Source: Formosa sp. Hel1_33_131
GTDB taxonomy: Bacteria > Bacteroidota > Bacteroidia > Flavobacteriales > Flavobacteriaceae
Reading direction: 5' to 3'
Assembly (NCBI RefSeq): GCF_001735745.1
Contig: NZ_CP017260.1
Coordinates: forward strand, 1,260,001 to 1,292,000
Length of the DNA stretch: 32,000 bases
In this document: positions 1 through 10,400 of the stretch, in pieces
Position numbering within the stretch: the stretch's first letter is position 1
How the letters are laid out: each line of letters begins with the position of its first letter
Notes under the pieces: generated by a model
What the model was told of the DNA's origin: nothing
What the model saw: the letters and a program-made list of their open reading frames with translations, nothing else
Databases searched by the model: none
Translations under genes and position numbers: made by a program

Positions 1-327
1 TGTCGTGGTTGGCATAAAAATAGTGCCTTGTATTTTTAATAATTTACAAGACAATGCGACTCCTTGAGCGTGATTTCCAGCACTCGCACAGACCACGCCG
101 TTATCCAATTTTTCTTCAGATAAAGAAGACATTTTGTTATAAGCACCTCTAATTTTATAGGAACGAACGACTTGCAAATCTTCGCGTTTAAAACTAATGT
201 TACAATCATACACTGATGAATACTGCACATTTGGAATTAAAGGCGTCACGTTGGCAACGCCTTCTAAGTTTTTAGCAGCAGCTTCAACTGCTTCGATCGT
301 TGGAAAATAAGTAAGTGTTTCAGACAT
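1..327 (-). CDS. ilvA: threonine ammonia-lyase (threonine dehydratase), N-terminal 109 codons; gene runs off the left edge
   Basis: Absent from the ORF track because there is no stop in the window. A reverse-strand ATG at 327-325 opens a frame to position 1: MSETLTYFPTIEAVEAAAKNLEGVANVTPL...ISFKREDLQVVRSYKIRGAYNKM...VVCASAGNHAQGVALSCKLLKIQGTIFMPTTT. The SYKIRGAYN (PLP lysine context) and SAGNHAQGVA motifs are typical of IlvA. It starts 5 nt after the ilvC stop. Confidence 0.9.
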   Translation of the reverse strand, partial: MSETLTYFPTIEAVEAAAKNLEGVANVTPLIPNVQYSSVYDCNISFKREDLQVVRSYKIRGAYNKMSSLSEEKLDNGVVCASAGNHAQGVALSCKLLKIQGTIFMPTTT

Positions 328-332
328 TCGTT

Positions 333-1811
333 TTAGGCGTCTGTTTTTATAACTTTCATCGCCGTCATTGCAGAACGTAGTACTTTCCCCGTAGCTTCTA
401 TCGGGTGATTTCTGATCGCATCATTGACCTTAATCAACTCTTGGTTGTCCACATCGTTGCTTGTTGCAAAAGACGTTCCGATCACATCGGTTTCAACCGT
501 TTTCATAAAGTCTACTAATAATGGCTTGCACGCATGGTCAAATAAATAACATCCGTATTCTGCCGTATCAGAAATAATTCGATTCATTTCGAATAATTTT
601 TTTCGTGCAACTGTGTTTGCAATTAATGGCAATTCATGAAGCGATTCGTAGTAAGCCGACTCTTCAACAATTCCTGAATTTACCATTGTTTCAAATGCCA
701 ATTCAACGCCTGCTCTTACAAATGCAACCATCAACACACCGTGATCGAAATACTCTTGTTCAGAAATTTGGTCTGCGGTAGCTGTTGTTTTTTCAAACGC
801 CGTTTCACCTGTTGCAGCACGCCATTGTAATAAGTTTACATCGTCATTTGCCCAATCTTCCATCATTGTTTTTGAGAAATGTCCAGACATAATATCGTCC
901 ATGTGTTTTTCAAACAAGGGCTTCATAATCACTTTCAACGTTTCAGATAATTCAAACGCTTTAATCTTCGCTGGATTTGATAAACGGTCCATCATTGTGG
1001 TGATGCCTCCGTGTTTCAACGCTTCCGTGATGGTTTCCCAACCGTATTGAATCAGTTTAGATGCATAGCTGGCGTCGATTCCTTTTTCGACCATTTTGTC
1101 AAATGATAAAATAGAGGCTGTTTGCAACACCCCACATAAAATCGTTTGCTCGCCCATTAAATCACTTTTAACCTCCGCTACAAATGACGATTCTAAAACC
1201 CCCGCTTTGTGACCTCCAGTCGCCGCTGCATAGGCTTTGGCTTGTGCCCATCCTTTTCCTTCTGGATCATTTTCGGGGTGAACCGCTGTGAGTGTTGGCA
1301 CGCCAAATCCTCTTAAATATTCTTCGCGAACTTCACTTCCAGGACATTTTGGTGCAACCATAATAACCGTTAAATCTTCACGAATTTGTTTTCCTTCTTC
1401 TACAATATTAAAGCCATGAGAATACGCTAGGGTTGCGCCTTGTTTCATGATTGGCATAATCGTATCCACCACATTTGAGTGTTGCTTATCTGGAGTGAGG
1501 TTTAAAACCAAATCTGCCGTCGGAATGAGCTCTTCATACGTTCCAACGGTGAAGCCGTTTGAAGATGCATTTTTAAACGATTGACGTTGATCGTCGATCG
1601 CTTGTTGACGTAATGCATAAGAAATGTTCAATCCAGAATCTCTCATGTTGAGTCCTTGATTCAGTCCTTGCGCACCACAACCTACAATTACAATCGTTTT
1701 TCCAAGTAAAGCGGTTACACCTTCTTCAAACTCAGAAGATTCCATGAATCTACATTTCGAGAGTTGATTCAATTTTTGACTTAGTGATAAGGTGTTAAAA
1801 TAATTTGCCAT
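333..1811 (-). CDS. ilvC: ketol-acid reductoisomerase, class II (long form)
   Basis: 492-aa ORF with the N-terminal dinucleotide-binding motif [29 protein letters not shown]. Length and sequence are typical of class II KARI, and it lies inside the ilv operon. Confidence 0.95.
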   Translation of the reverse strand: MANYFNTLSLSQKLNQLSKCRFMESSEFEEGVTALLGKTIVIVGCGAQGLNQGLNMRDSGLNISYALRQQAIDDQRQSFKNASSNGFTVGTYEELIPTADLVLNLTPDKQHSNVVDTIMPIMKQGATLAYSHGFNIVEEGKQIREDLTVIMVAPKCPGSEVREEYLRGFGVPTLTAVHPENDPEGKGWAQAKAYAAATGGHKAGVLESSFVAEVKSDLMGEQTILCGVLQTASILSFDKMVEKGIDASYASKLIQYGWETITEALKHGGITTMMDRLSNPAKIKAFELSETLKVIMKPLFEKHMDDIMSGHFSKTMMEDWANDDVNLLQWRAATGETAFEKTTATADQISEQEYFDHGVLMVAFVRAGVELAFETMVNSGIVEESAYYESLHELPLIANTVARKKLFEMNRIISDTAEYGCYLFDHACKPLLVDFMKTVETDVIGTSFATSNDVDNQELIKVNDAIRNHPIEATGKVLRSAMTAMKVIKTDA

Positions 1812-1816
1812 TTTAG

Positions 1817-2347
1817 TTAGTTTTTGAATGCGTTTAGCATTTCAGTTATTTTTAGTTTTTCTTTAGTTATTGCGATGCGTCCCGATCGTACAAATTGCAT
1901 GATCCCGAAGGCATTTAATTCTCTGTGTAAAAGTTCTAATTCACTGCGACGTCCTGATTTTTCGAGTACAAAAAACTCTTTATTTACAGTAACGATTCGC
2001 GCATTGCTTTCTTTGATGATGTTTTGAATTTGACGCTCTTCAAATAATAAATCTGATTTAATTTTGAACAAGCATGATTCTTGATAAATCGTATCATCAT
2101 CGGTGTGGTAATAGGCTTTTATGACCTCCACTTGTTTTTCAATTTGACCTAGAATTTTTTTGATTTGGTCTTCGTCCATATTCACCAAAATAGTGAATCG
2201 TGATACGCCTTCAATTTCAGATACAGAGGTATTGATACTTTCAATATTGATGTGTCTTCTCTGAAAAATTGCTGAAATTCGATTGAGCAATCCGATATTA
2301 TTTTCGGTATATATCGAAATCGTATAAAGTTGTTTTTCTGTTCCCAT
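1817..2347 (-). CDS. ilvN: acetolactate synthase small (regulatory) subunit
   Basis: The ORF track extends to 2425, but that extension overlaps ilvB. The ATG at 2347 ([41 protein letters not shown]...) lies 2 nt after the ilvB stop. The N-terminus is ACT-domain-like, as in AHAS small subunits. Confidence 0.9.
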   Translation of the reverse strand: MGTEKQLYTISIYTENNIGLLNRISAIFQRRHINIESINTSVSEIEGVSRFTILVNMDEDQIKKILGQIEKQVEVIKAYYHTDDDTIYQESCLFKIKSDLLFEERQIQNIIKESNARIVTVNKEFFVLEKSGRRSELELLHRELNAFGIMQFVRSGRIAITKEKLKITEMLNAFKN

Positions 2348-2349
2348 TC

Positions 2350-4083
2350 TTATTCTAATCTTATGTCTGAAACCGAAGCTCCCGAAGGAACCATTGGAAA
2401 TACATTGTTTTCTTTTTCTACACAAACCTCTAAGAAATACGGTTCATCACTGGCAATCATTTCTTTTACTGCCAATGCAAGGTCTTCTCGTTTGGTTACT
2501 TTTTGTGCTTCTATATAATAGCCTTGTGCGATGGCTACAAAATTAGGATTTACCATTTCGGTAGAGGCATAACGCTTGTCAAAAAACAATTGCTGCCATT
2601 GACGCACCATTCCTAAAAATTCATTGTTTAAAACGACTATTTTTACAGGTACTTTGTTCTGAAAAATAGTGCCTAATTCTTGGATGGTCATTTGATAACC
2701 GCCATCGCCAATAATCGCAACGACCTCTCTGTCTGGAGCCGCCATCTTCGCGCCAATCGCCGCGGGTAATGCAAAGCCCATAGTGCCAAGTCCACCAGAT
2801 GTGATGTTACTTTTACTCACGTTAAAGTCGGCATAACGACAGGCAATCATTTGGTGTTGTCCCACATCAGAAACAATGGCTGCTTCACCTTTGGTTTGAA
2901 TGTTTATTTCTTTAAGCACCTCGCCCATGGTAAGGCCTTCAGTGGTTGGATGAAGGTCATTTTTGATGACTTTATTGTATTCAATGGTATATAGATCCTT
3001 AAATTTCTGCAACCATTCTGGATGTGAATTGGTATTTAGTAAGGTCAATAATTTTGTCAAACTCGTTTTGGCATCGCCTAAAACTGCGACGTCTGTTTTT
3101 ACGTTTTTGTCTATTTCTGACGGATCAATTTCAAAATGAATGATTTTGGCTTGGGTCGCATACTCGTCCAATTTTCCTGTCACACGATCGTCAAATCGCA
3201 TTCCAATCGCAATCAATACATCGCATTCATTGGTGAGCACATTGGGAGCATAATTTCCATGCATTCCTACCATTCCAATATTTAATGGGTGTGACGTTGG
3301 AATTGCAGAAGCACCCAAAATAGTCCATGCTGCAGGGATTCCTGTTTTTTCTACCACAGCCTTTAATACTTCTTCGGCTTTACTAAGAATCACTCCTTGA
3401 CCCCAAACAATCATAGGTTTTTTAGCGGCATTAATAATGGCAGCAGCAGCAGCGACAGAGCCCTCTTCGGTTTCTGGAACTGGCACATAACTACGAACAC
3501 CTGTACATTTTTTGTATTGAAAATCAAATTCTTCAAACTGAGCATCTTTTGTGATGTCGACTAAAACAGGTCCTGGACGTCCGCTTCTTGCAATGTAAAA
3601 TGCACGCGCGATGATTTCAGGAATTTGAGATGCTTTTGTAATTTGGTGATTCCACTTGGTGACGGGTGTCGAAATTCCAACAATGTCGGTTTCTTGAAAT
3701 GCATCACTTCCCAATAAATGAGAGGGCACTTGCCCTGTGATACATACAATGGGTGTTGAATCTATTTGTGCATCTGCTATTCCTGTTATTAGATTGGTTG
3801 CGCCAGGTCCTGAAGTGGCCATGGCAACACCTACTTTTCCAGAAATACGTGCATAGCCTTGAGCGGCATGAGCTGCACATTGTTCGTGTCTTGTAAGGAC
3901 ATGATTTATTTCCCCTTCATATTTATAGAGCTCATCATAAACTGGCATAATAGCCCCACCAGGGTAGCCATATAAGATCTCTACACCTTCGGCTAATAAA
4001 CATCTTACAATGGCTTCGCTTCCTGAAATACGTTCTTTCGGTTGCTCCAAGTATTGCTTTTGTTTGGAGGTTAATATTTCCAT
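2350..4083 (-). CDS. ilvB: acetolactate synthase large (catalytic) subunit
   Basis: 577 aa with thiamine-diphosphate enzyme motifs GYPGGAIMPVYDEL and IGDGGYQMTIQELGT...VVLNN. Sits between ilvD and ilvN. Confidence 0.95.
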   Translation of the reverse strand: MEILTSKQKQYLEQPKERISGSEAIVRCLLAEGVEILYGYPGGAIMPVYDELYKYEGEINHVLTRHEQCAAHAAQGYARISGKVGVAMATSGPGATNLITGIADAQIDSTPIVCITGQVPSHLLGSDAFQETDIVGISTPVTKWNHQITKASQIPEIIARAFYIARSGRPGPVLVDITKDAQFEEFDFQYKKCTGVRSYVPVPETEEGSVAAAAAIINAAKKPMIVWGQGVILSKAEEVLKAVVEKTGIPAAWTILGASAIPTSHPLNIGMVGMHGNYAPNVLTNECDVLIAIGMRFDDRVTGKLDEYATQAKIIHFEIDPSEIDKNVKTDVAVLGDAKTSLTKLLTLLNTNSHPEWLQKFKDLYTIEYNKVIKNDLHPTTEGLTMGEVLKEINIQTKGEAAIVSDVGQHQMIACRYADFNVSKSNITSGGLGTMGFALPAAIGAKMAAPDREVVAIIGDGGYQMTIQELGTIFQNKVPVKIVVLNNEFLGMVRQWQQLFFDKRYASTEMVNPNFVAIAQGYYIEAQKVTKREDLALAVKEMIASDEPYFLEVCVEKENNVFPMVPSGASVSDIRLE

Positions 4084-4092
4084 AATTATAAT

Positions 4093-5772
4093 TTAAAATT
4101 CATCGGTTACACATCCTTCAGATGCCGATGAAACCGTTCTTGCATATTTATATAGTACGCCTCTTGATACTTTTAAGGCGGGTGCGTTCCACTGTGTTTT
4201 TCGTTCTTGAAGCTCTGTATCAGAAACTTCCAAAAGTATTGAGTTTGTTTCAGCGTCGATGGTGATTATATCCCCATCTTTTACCAAAGCAATTGCGCCA
4301 CCTTCTTGTGCTTCAGGCGTGATATGACCTACAACAAATCCGTGTGTCCCTCCTGAAAAACGTCCGTCGGTGATCAAAGCCACATCTTTTCCTAAACCAG
4401 CGCCCATAATAGCGGCAGTTGGTTTTAACATTTCTGGCATTCCAGGACCTCCTTTAGGACCTTCGTAACGAATGACAACGACATCTCCTTTATTGACTTT
4501 ACCATCTCTAATACCGTCATTGGCATTGTATTCGCCTTCAAAAACTTTGGCTGGACCTCTAAATTTTAACCCTTCTTTTCCTGTAATTTTAGCAACACTT
4601 CCTTCCGTGGCTAAATTTCCATAAAGCATGCGTAAGTGTCCTGAGGTTTTGATAGGTTCTTCAATGGTTCTGATCACATCTTGACCTTCTGATAAATCTT
4701 GTACTTCTGCTAAATTTTCAGCAATTGTTTTTCCGGTTACCGTTAAACAGTCTCCGTGAAGTAAGCCTTTATTTAATAAATATTTCATCACTGCTGGAAT
4801 TCCACCAACGTGGTGCACATCTTCCATTAAGTATTTCCCACTTGGTTTCAAGTCGGCTAAAAAAGGTGTGCTGTCACTGATTCTCTGAAAATCTTCAAGT
4901 GTGAATTTTATTTGAGCCGCTCTTGCAATCGCTAAAAAATGCAAAACTGCATTGGTAGAGCCTCCAAGAATTGTCACAAGTCGAATGGCGTTTTCAAGCG
5001 ATTTTTTTGTGATGACATCTGAGGGTTTGATATCTTTTTCTAGTAATAAGCGCATGGCTTCACCTGCTTTGACGGCTTCCTTCTTTTTTTCTTCACCCGT
5101 TGCTGGATTGGAAGAATTAAAAGGGAGGGTCATTCCGAGTGCTTCAATGGCTGATGCCATTGTATTGGCAGTGTACATACCTCCACAAGCACCGGCTCCT
5201 GGACAGGCTTTCTCCACAATTTGGTCAAATTCAGACTCAGACATGGTGCCTGCGACTTTACTTCCCCAAGCTTCAAATGCTGAAACAACATCTAATTTTT
5301 TTCCATTGTGACAACCTGAATCAATGGTGCCTCCATAGACCAAAATAGATGGTTTGTCCACACGAATCATTGCCATTAAAGCGCCTGGCATATTTTTATC
5401 ACAACCAACAACTGTAATCAATCCGTCATAGCTCATCGCTTGAACGACAGTTTCCATGGAATCTGCAATAATATCTCGAGAGGGTAAGGAAAAACGCATC
5501 CCTGGGGTTCCCATTGAAATTCCGTCACTCACTCCAATTGTATTGAAAATAAGTCCTATAACTTCTTTGTTTAGCGTGCCTTCTTTGACCAGCTTCGCTA
5601 AGTCGTTAAGGTGCATATTACAGGGGTTGCCTTCATAGCCTGTACTGGCAATCCCAACCAAGGGTTTTTCAAAGTCCTCTTTGGTCAGTCCGATCGCATG
5701 TAGCATGGCTTGTGCTGCAGGTTGCGTTGGGTCTTGAGTGACTGCTCGGCTGTATTTATTTAGTTGTTTCAT
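4093..5772 (-). CDS. ilvD: dihydroxy-acid dehydratase
   Basis: 559 aa with IlvD/Edd family motifs VGCDKNMPG and [22 protein letters not shown]. First gene of the ilv operon. Confidence 0.95.
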   Translation of the reverse strand: MKQLNKYSRAVTQDPTQPAAQAMLHAIGLTKEDFEKPLVGIASTGYEGNPCNMHLNDLAKLVKEGTLNKEVIGLIFNTIGVSDGISMGTPGMRFSLPSRDIIADSMETVVQAMSYDGLITVVGCDKNMPGALMAMIRVDKPSILVYGGTIDSGCHNGKKLDVVSAFEAWGSKVAGTMSESEFDQIVEKACPGAGACGGMYTANTMASAIEALGMTLPFNSSNPATGEEKKKEAVKAGEAMRLLLEKDIKPSDVITKKSLENAIRLVTILGGSTNAVLHFLAIARAAQIKFTLEDFQRISDSTPFLADLKPSGKYLMEDVHHVGGIPAVMKYLLNKGLLHGDCLTVTGKTIAENLAEVQDLSEGQDVIRTIEEPIKTSGHLRMLYGNLATEGSVAKITGKEGLKFRGPAKVFEGEYNANDGIRDGKVNKGDVVVIRYEGPKGGPGMPEMLKPTAAIMGAGLGKDVALITDGRFSGGTHGFVVGHITPEAQEGGAIALVKDGDIITIDAETNSILLEVSDTELQERKTQWNAPALKVSRGVLYKYARTVSSASEGCVTDEF

Positions 5773-6028
5773 GTGTCTATATCTATTATTTTTAAAAGGT
5801 CACATGCTGATCGCTTTTAGTCATTCCATTGGGTGATAATAATTTTAGTATGCTCGTTTCATTATCGTTTTTATACCTTAGAAGTATCGAAATTATATTT
5901 TTACATATTTAGCGTGGAGAGTATCTCTTTAAATGGTCTAAACTCAACTGTTTAGAGTTGACGTTAAATCTTTGTTTTTTAGATAATTACCCCCCAAATT
6001 GTATGATGTTCAGTGCACAAAAATAATA

Positions 6029-7495
6029 TTAAACTCGTGGTAAATCACTGTCATCTTTTAAAGGCAATGCCGAACTGCCCATCAAATACGTATCTACATG
6101 GTGCGCTGCCTGTCTTCCCTCAGATATAGCCCACACAATTAAAGATTGTCCGCGACGCATGTCTCCAGCTGCAAATATGCCAGGCACATTAGTTACATAA
6201 TCTTTTGTGGTGGCTTTGATATTAGTTCTAAAATCCATTTCTAAACCAAATTGATCTGCCAATGTTTTTTCAGCTCCAGTAAATCCGAGTGCTAATAATA
6301 CCAAGTCACAGTCCCAAAGTTTTTCGGAGTTGGGAACTTCTTTTAATTCTGGACGTTCGCCTTTTCTAAAAATCCATTCGACCTCAACGGTTTTTAATGC
6401 TTTTAAGTTTCCTTTATCATCTCCAATAAATTCTTTGGTAGAAATACTAAAAAATCGTTCTACGCCTTCTTGGTGAGAAGAGGTTGTTTTAAGCTTCATC
6501 GGCCAATAAGGCCAAGGTTGATTTGCAGGACGTCCTTCAGATGGTTTCGTTAAAATTTCGAAATTCGTGACAGAGGTTGCGCCATGACGGTTGGACGTTC
6601 CAATACAATCGGAGCCTGTATCTCCTCCACCAATGACAATCACATTTTTTCCTTCAGCAGAAAGGATGTCTTTAAAATCTACTAAACCATCCACATATTG
6701 ATTGTTTAGTTTTAAAAATTCCATGGCTTGATATACACCTTTGAGATCCGCACCTGGAATTGGAATGTTTCGTTTGACGGTTGCACCCCCACATAATACC
6801 ACGGCATCAAAATCGGCTTTTAATTGATTTGCATCTAAATTTTTACCTACATGCGCGTCGGTTTTAAAGACAATGCCTTCTTCCTTTAAAACGTTCACAC
6901 GACGGTCGATAACATTTTTTTCCATCTTAAAATCCGGAATTCCATAGCGCAATAACCCACCCACTTTTTTATCACGTTCAAAAACAGTGACGGTATGACC
7001 AGCTCTATTTAGTTGTTGAGCTGCCGCGAGTCCCGCAGGGCCCGATCCAATAACAGCAACGGTTTTGTCGGTTCTTACTTTGGGTGGTTTTGCTGTAATC
7101 CAACCTTCTGTAAAGGCGGTTTCAACAATATTTTTTTCGATATTTTCGATGCTTACCGGATCTTCATTGATTCCTAAAACACACGCTTCTTCGCAAGGTG
7201 CTGGACATAATCTCCCTGTAAATTCTGGAAAATTATTGGTGGAATGTAAAATTTCAGCGGCTTCTTTCCATTTGCCTTTGTAAACTTTATCGTTAAAATC
7301 TGGAATTAAATTCCCCAAAGGACAGCCGCTATGACAAAACGGAATTCCGCAATCCATACATCGTGCACCTTGGTCTTTTAACTTTGATTCTTCTAATGGA
7401 ATTGTAAATTCCTTGTAATTTTTTATTCTTTCTTTTGGCGCTTCATAGGTTTCATCCTGACGCTCAAACTCTAAAAATCCTGTGATCTTTCCCAT
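6029..7495 (-). CDS. gltD: glutamate synthase (NADPH) small subunit
   Basis: 488 aa with N-terminal Cys clusters (CMDCGIPFC, CPLGNLIP, CPAPCEEAC) followed by VIGSGPAGLAAAQQL. Starts 2 nt after the gltB stop. Confidence 0.93.
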   Translation of the reverse strand: MGKITGFLEFERQDETYEAPKERIKNYKEFTIPLEESKLKDQGARCMDCGIPFCHSGCPLGNLIPDFNDKVYKGKWKEAAEILHSTNNFPEFTGRLCPAPCEEACVLGINEDPVSIENIEKNIVETAFTEGWITAKPPKVRTDKTVAVIGSGPAGLAAAQQLNRAGHTVTVFERDKKVGGLLRYGIPDFKMEKNVIDRRVNVLKEEGIVFKTDAHVGKNLDANQLKADFDAVVLCGGATVKRNIPIPGADLKGVYQAMEFLKLNNQYVDGLVDFKDILSAEGKNVIVIGGGDTGSDCIGTSNRHGATSVTNFEILTKPSEGRPANQPWPYWPMKLKTTSSHQEGVERFFSISTKEFIGDDKGNLKALKTVEVEWIFRKGERPELKEVPNSEKLWDCDLVLLALGFTGAEKTLADQFGLEMDFRTNIKATTKDYVTNVPGIFAAGDMRRGQSLIVWAISEGRQAAHHVDTYLMGSSALPLKDDSDLPRV

Positions 7496-7497
7496 CC

Positions 7498-10400
7498 TTA
7501 AACTGTTTCTAGTTGTTCTTTTTCTAATCTTAATAACGCCTGTCTGTATTCTTCTGGCAGTACTTTTTTGAATTTAGGAAGCGTTGCCTCCCAGTTTTCT
7601 AAAATGCGTTTTGCTAAAGGACTTGACGTCGCCACAAAATGATTTTCGATTAATGTTCGTAATTGATTCACATCTTCCTGAAGTTCGATCGGGTCGATAT
7701 TCAAATCTTCACCATTACAATTTTTAGTGAATGTATTGTCTGCATCTAAAACATAGGCAACACCACCACTCATTCCAGCTCCAAAATTTCTTCCGACACT
7801 TCCAAGAATCACCGCAACACCACCAGTCATGTACTCACAACCGTGGTCGCCAATGCCTTCTACAACGGCTTTGGCTCCTGAGTTACGTACACAAAAACGT
7901 TCGCCTGCTTTTCCGTTGATATAAACCTCTCCAGACGTCGCACCATAAAGCGTTACATTCCCTGTGATGATGTTATCTTCTGGAACAATGGTACTTGTTT
8001 CAGGAACTTTGATGATTAATTTTGCACCCGACAATCCTTTTCCGAGATAATCGTTTGTATTTCCATGAACCGTCATGGTCACTCCTTTAGTAGTAAAGGC
8101 TCCAAAACTTTGTCCTGCAGATCCGTTAAAGTCGATGTTTATGGTGTCTTGAGGCAAGCCATCGGCACCGTAAATTTTAGAAATTTCATTACTTAAAACC
8201 GCGCCTACTGCTCTGTCAATATTGGTGATTGGAAGTTTCAAATGTGTACGTTGTCTTCTGAAAATTCCTTGATGTGCTTGTTTGATTATTTTGAAATCTA
8301 AATGGACATCGAGGTTGTGATCTTGTTGCTCAGTGTTGTATAATTTTACATCTTCTGCTACATCTACTTTATGTAAGATTGGTGTTAAATCAATGCCTGA
8401 TGCTTTGTAATGCTCAATCGCTTTGTTGCGGTTTAATTTTTGAACCTGACCTACCATTTCATCCACGGTTTTAAACCCTAGTTGCGCCATGATCTCACGC
8501 AATTCTTGTGCAACGAAATACATATAGTTCACAACATGTTCTGGTTTGCCTTTGAATTTTTTACGCAGCTCTGGGTTTTGAGTTGCAATTCCTACGGGGC
8601 ATGTATTCAAATGACAGACACGCATCATAATACAACCCGAAGCGACTAAAGGTGCGGTTGCAAAACCAAATTCTTCAGCTCCTAAGAGACATGCAATCGC
8701 GACATCACGACCGGTTTTTAACTGGCCATCACATTCCAAAACAATTCGATTTCTCAGATTGTTCATCACCAGTGTTTGTTGTGCTTCTGCAATTCCAAGT
8801 TCCCAAGGAAGTCCACAGTGTTTCAAAGAGGTGAGTGGCGAAGCACCTGTTCCTCCATCAAAACCAGAAACCAATATAACATCTGCTTTGGCTTTTGCGA
8901 CTCCTGCAGCAACGGTTCCTACGCCAATTTCAGAGACTAATTTCACATTAATTCGCGCCGCTCTGTTGGCTGATTTTACGTCGTATATGAGTTGTGATAA
9001 ATCTTCGATCGAATAAATATCGTGGTGTGGTGGTGGAGATATCAATCCAACATAAGGTGTTGAATTTCTTGTTTTCGCGATTTCACGATTTACTTTTGGA
9101 CCGGGCAATTGACCGCCTTCACCGGGTTTAGCACCTTGCGCAATTTTTATTTGAATTTCATTGGCGCTTGTAAGGTAGTTGGAGGTGACTCCAAATCGTC
9201 CGGAAGCGACTTGTTTAATGGCCGAATTTCTCCAATCGCCTTGTGCATTTTTGTAGAAGCGATCTTCGTCTTCTCCGCCTTCACCTGAATTACTTTTTCC
9301 ACCAATTCTATTCATAGCTACCGCTAAGTTTTCATGGGCTTCTTTACTAATAGATCCATAAGACATGGCGCCTGTTTTGAATCGTTTTACGATTTCGGTC
9401 CAAGGTTCTACCTCATCAATCGAAATAGGATCAAATTGATCAAATTCAAACAGACCTCTAATGGTCATCAAGCGTTTTGACTGATCGTCAACAAGCTCTG
9501 AGTATTCTTTAAACGTGGATGCTTTATTGGTACGAACCGATTCTTGAAGCTTCGCGACGGTCAGTGGATTAAACATGTGTTTTTCCTGACCACGACGCCA
9601 TCTATATTCGCCGCCAATTTCAATGTCCGATTCAATGTTTGGGTTGAATGCTTTTTTGTGACGTTTGACAATTTCTTTTTCAATTTCCATCAAACCAATT
9701 CCTTGAATTCTGGTAGGCGTGTTTGGGAAATATTTTTCAACAGTATTCGTATTGATTCCAACACACTCAAATAGTTGAGACCCACGGTAGGAGTTTAAGG
9801 TAGAAATTCCGATTTTATTCATCACTTTCAAGATGCCTTTTCCGATGGCTTTGTTATAGTTCTTGATGGCTGTGAGGTATTCTAAATCTGTAATGTCAGA
9901 GTCTTTGATTTGTTTTTCAACAATTTCATTGACGATGTATGGGTTCACTGCGCTGGCTCCAAAACCAAATAAGAGGGCAAAATGATGCACTTCTCTTGGT
10001 TCTGCGGATTCAATTATCAAACTAATTCTTGAACGTTTGTTGAGTTTATGCAGTGCATGGTTCACGTAGGAACAGGCCAAAAGTGCTGGAATTGGTGCGT
10101 GATTTTCATCTACAAATCGATCGGATAGAATGATGATGTTGGCTCCTTCGTCAATTGCTTTAGATGCTTTGTCAACCAAGGCTTCGAGGGCACTTTCTAA
10201 TTCGTTTAATCCTCGATTGACTTCGTACAACATAGAAATGGATTCTACTTTGAAGTTCGGGTTGGTGTCGTAATTTCTGATTTTATCTAAATCGTGTTTT
10301 GAAATTACAGGGTTTTGAATTTTAAGCTTTTTACAGGCCTCGGAGTTGCAATCAAAAATATTGGTGTCGCTCCCTAGTGTTAAACTAATATCGGTGATTA

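Noticed and set aside
36-230. 64-aa minus-strand ORF from the track
   Set aside because: It is out of frame with, and wholly inside, the clearly coding ilvA N-terminus (1-327), so it is a shadow ORF.
1817-2425. Longer N-terminal extensions offered by the track for ilvN (to 2425), glnK (TTG 14922) and the aldehyde dehydrogenase (GTG 19955)
   Set aside because: The extensions overlap the upstream gene or promoter boxes and add non-homologous residues. Internal ATGs at 2347, 14964 and 20009 give canonical N-termini.
5773-6028. Leader-peptide attenuator upstream of ilvD
   Set aside because: Reading the minus strand, I found only trivial mini-ORFs (e.g. MKRAY) with no Ile/Leu/Val run. There is only a weak hairpin (AACTC...GAGTT) that may be the gltD terminator.
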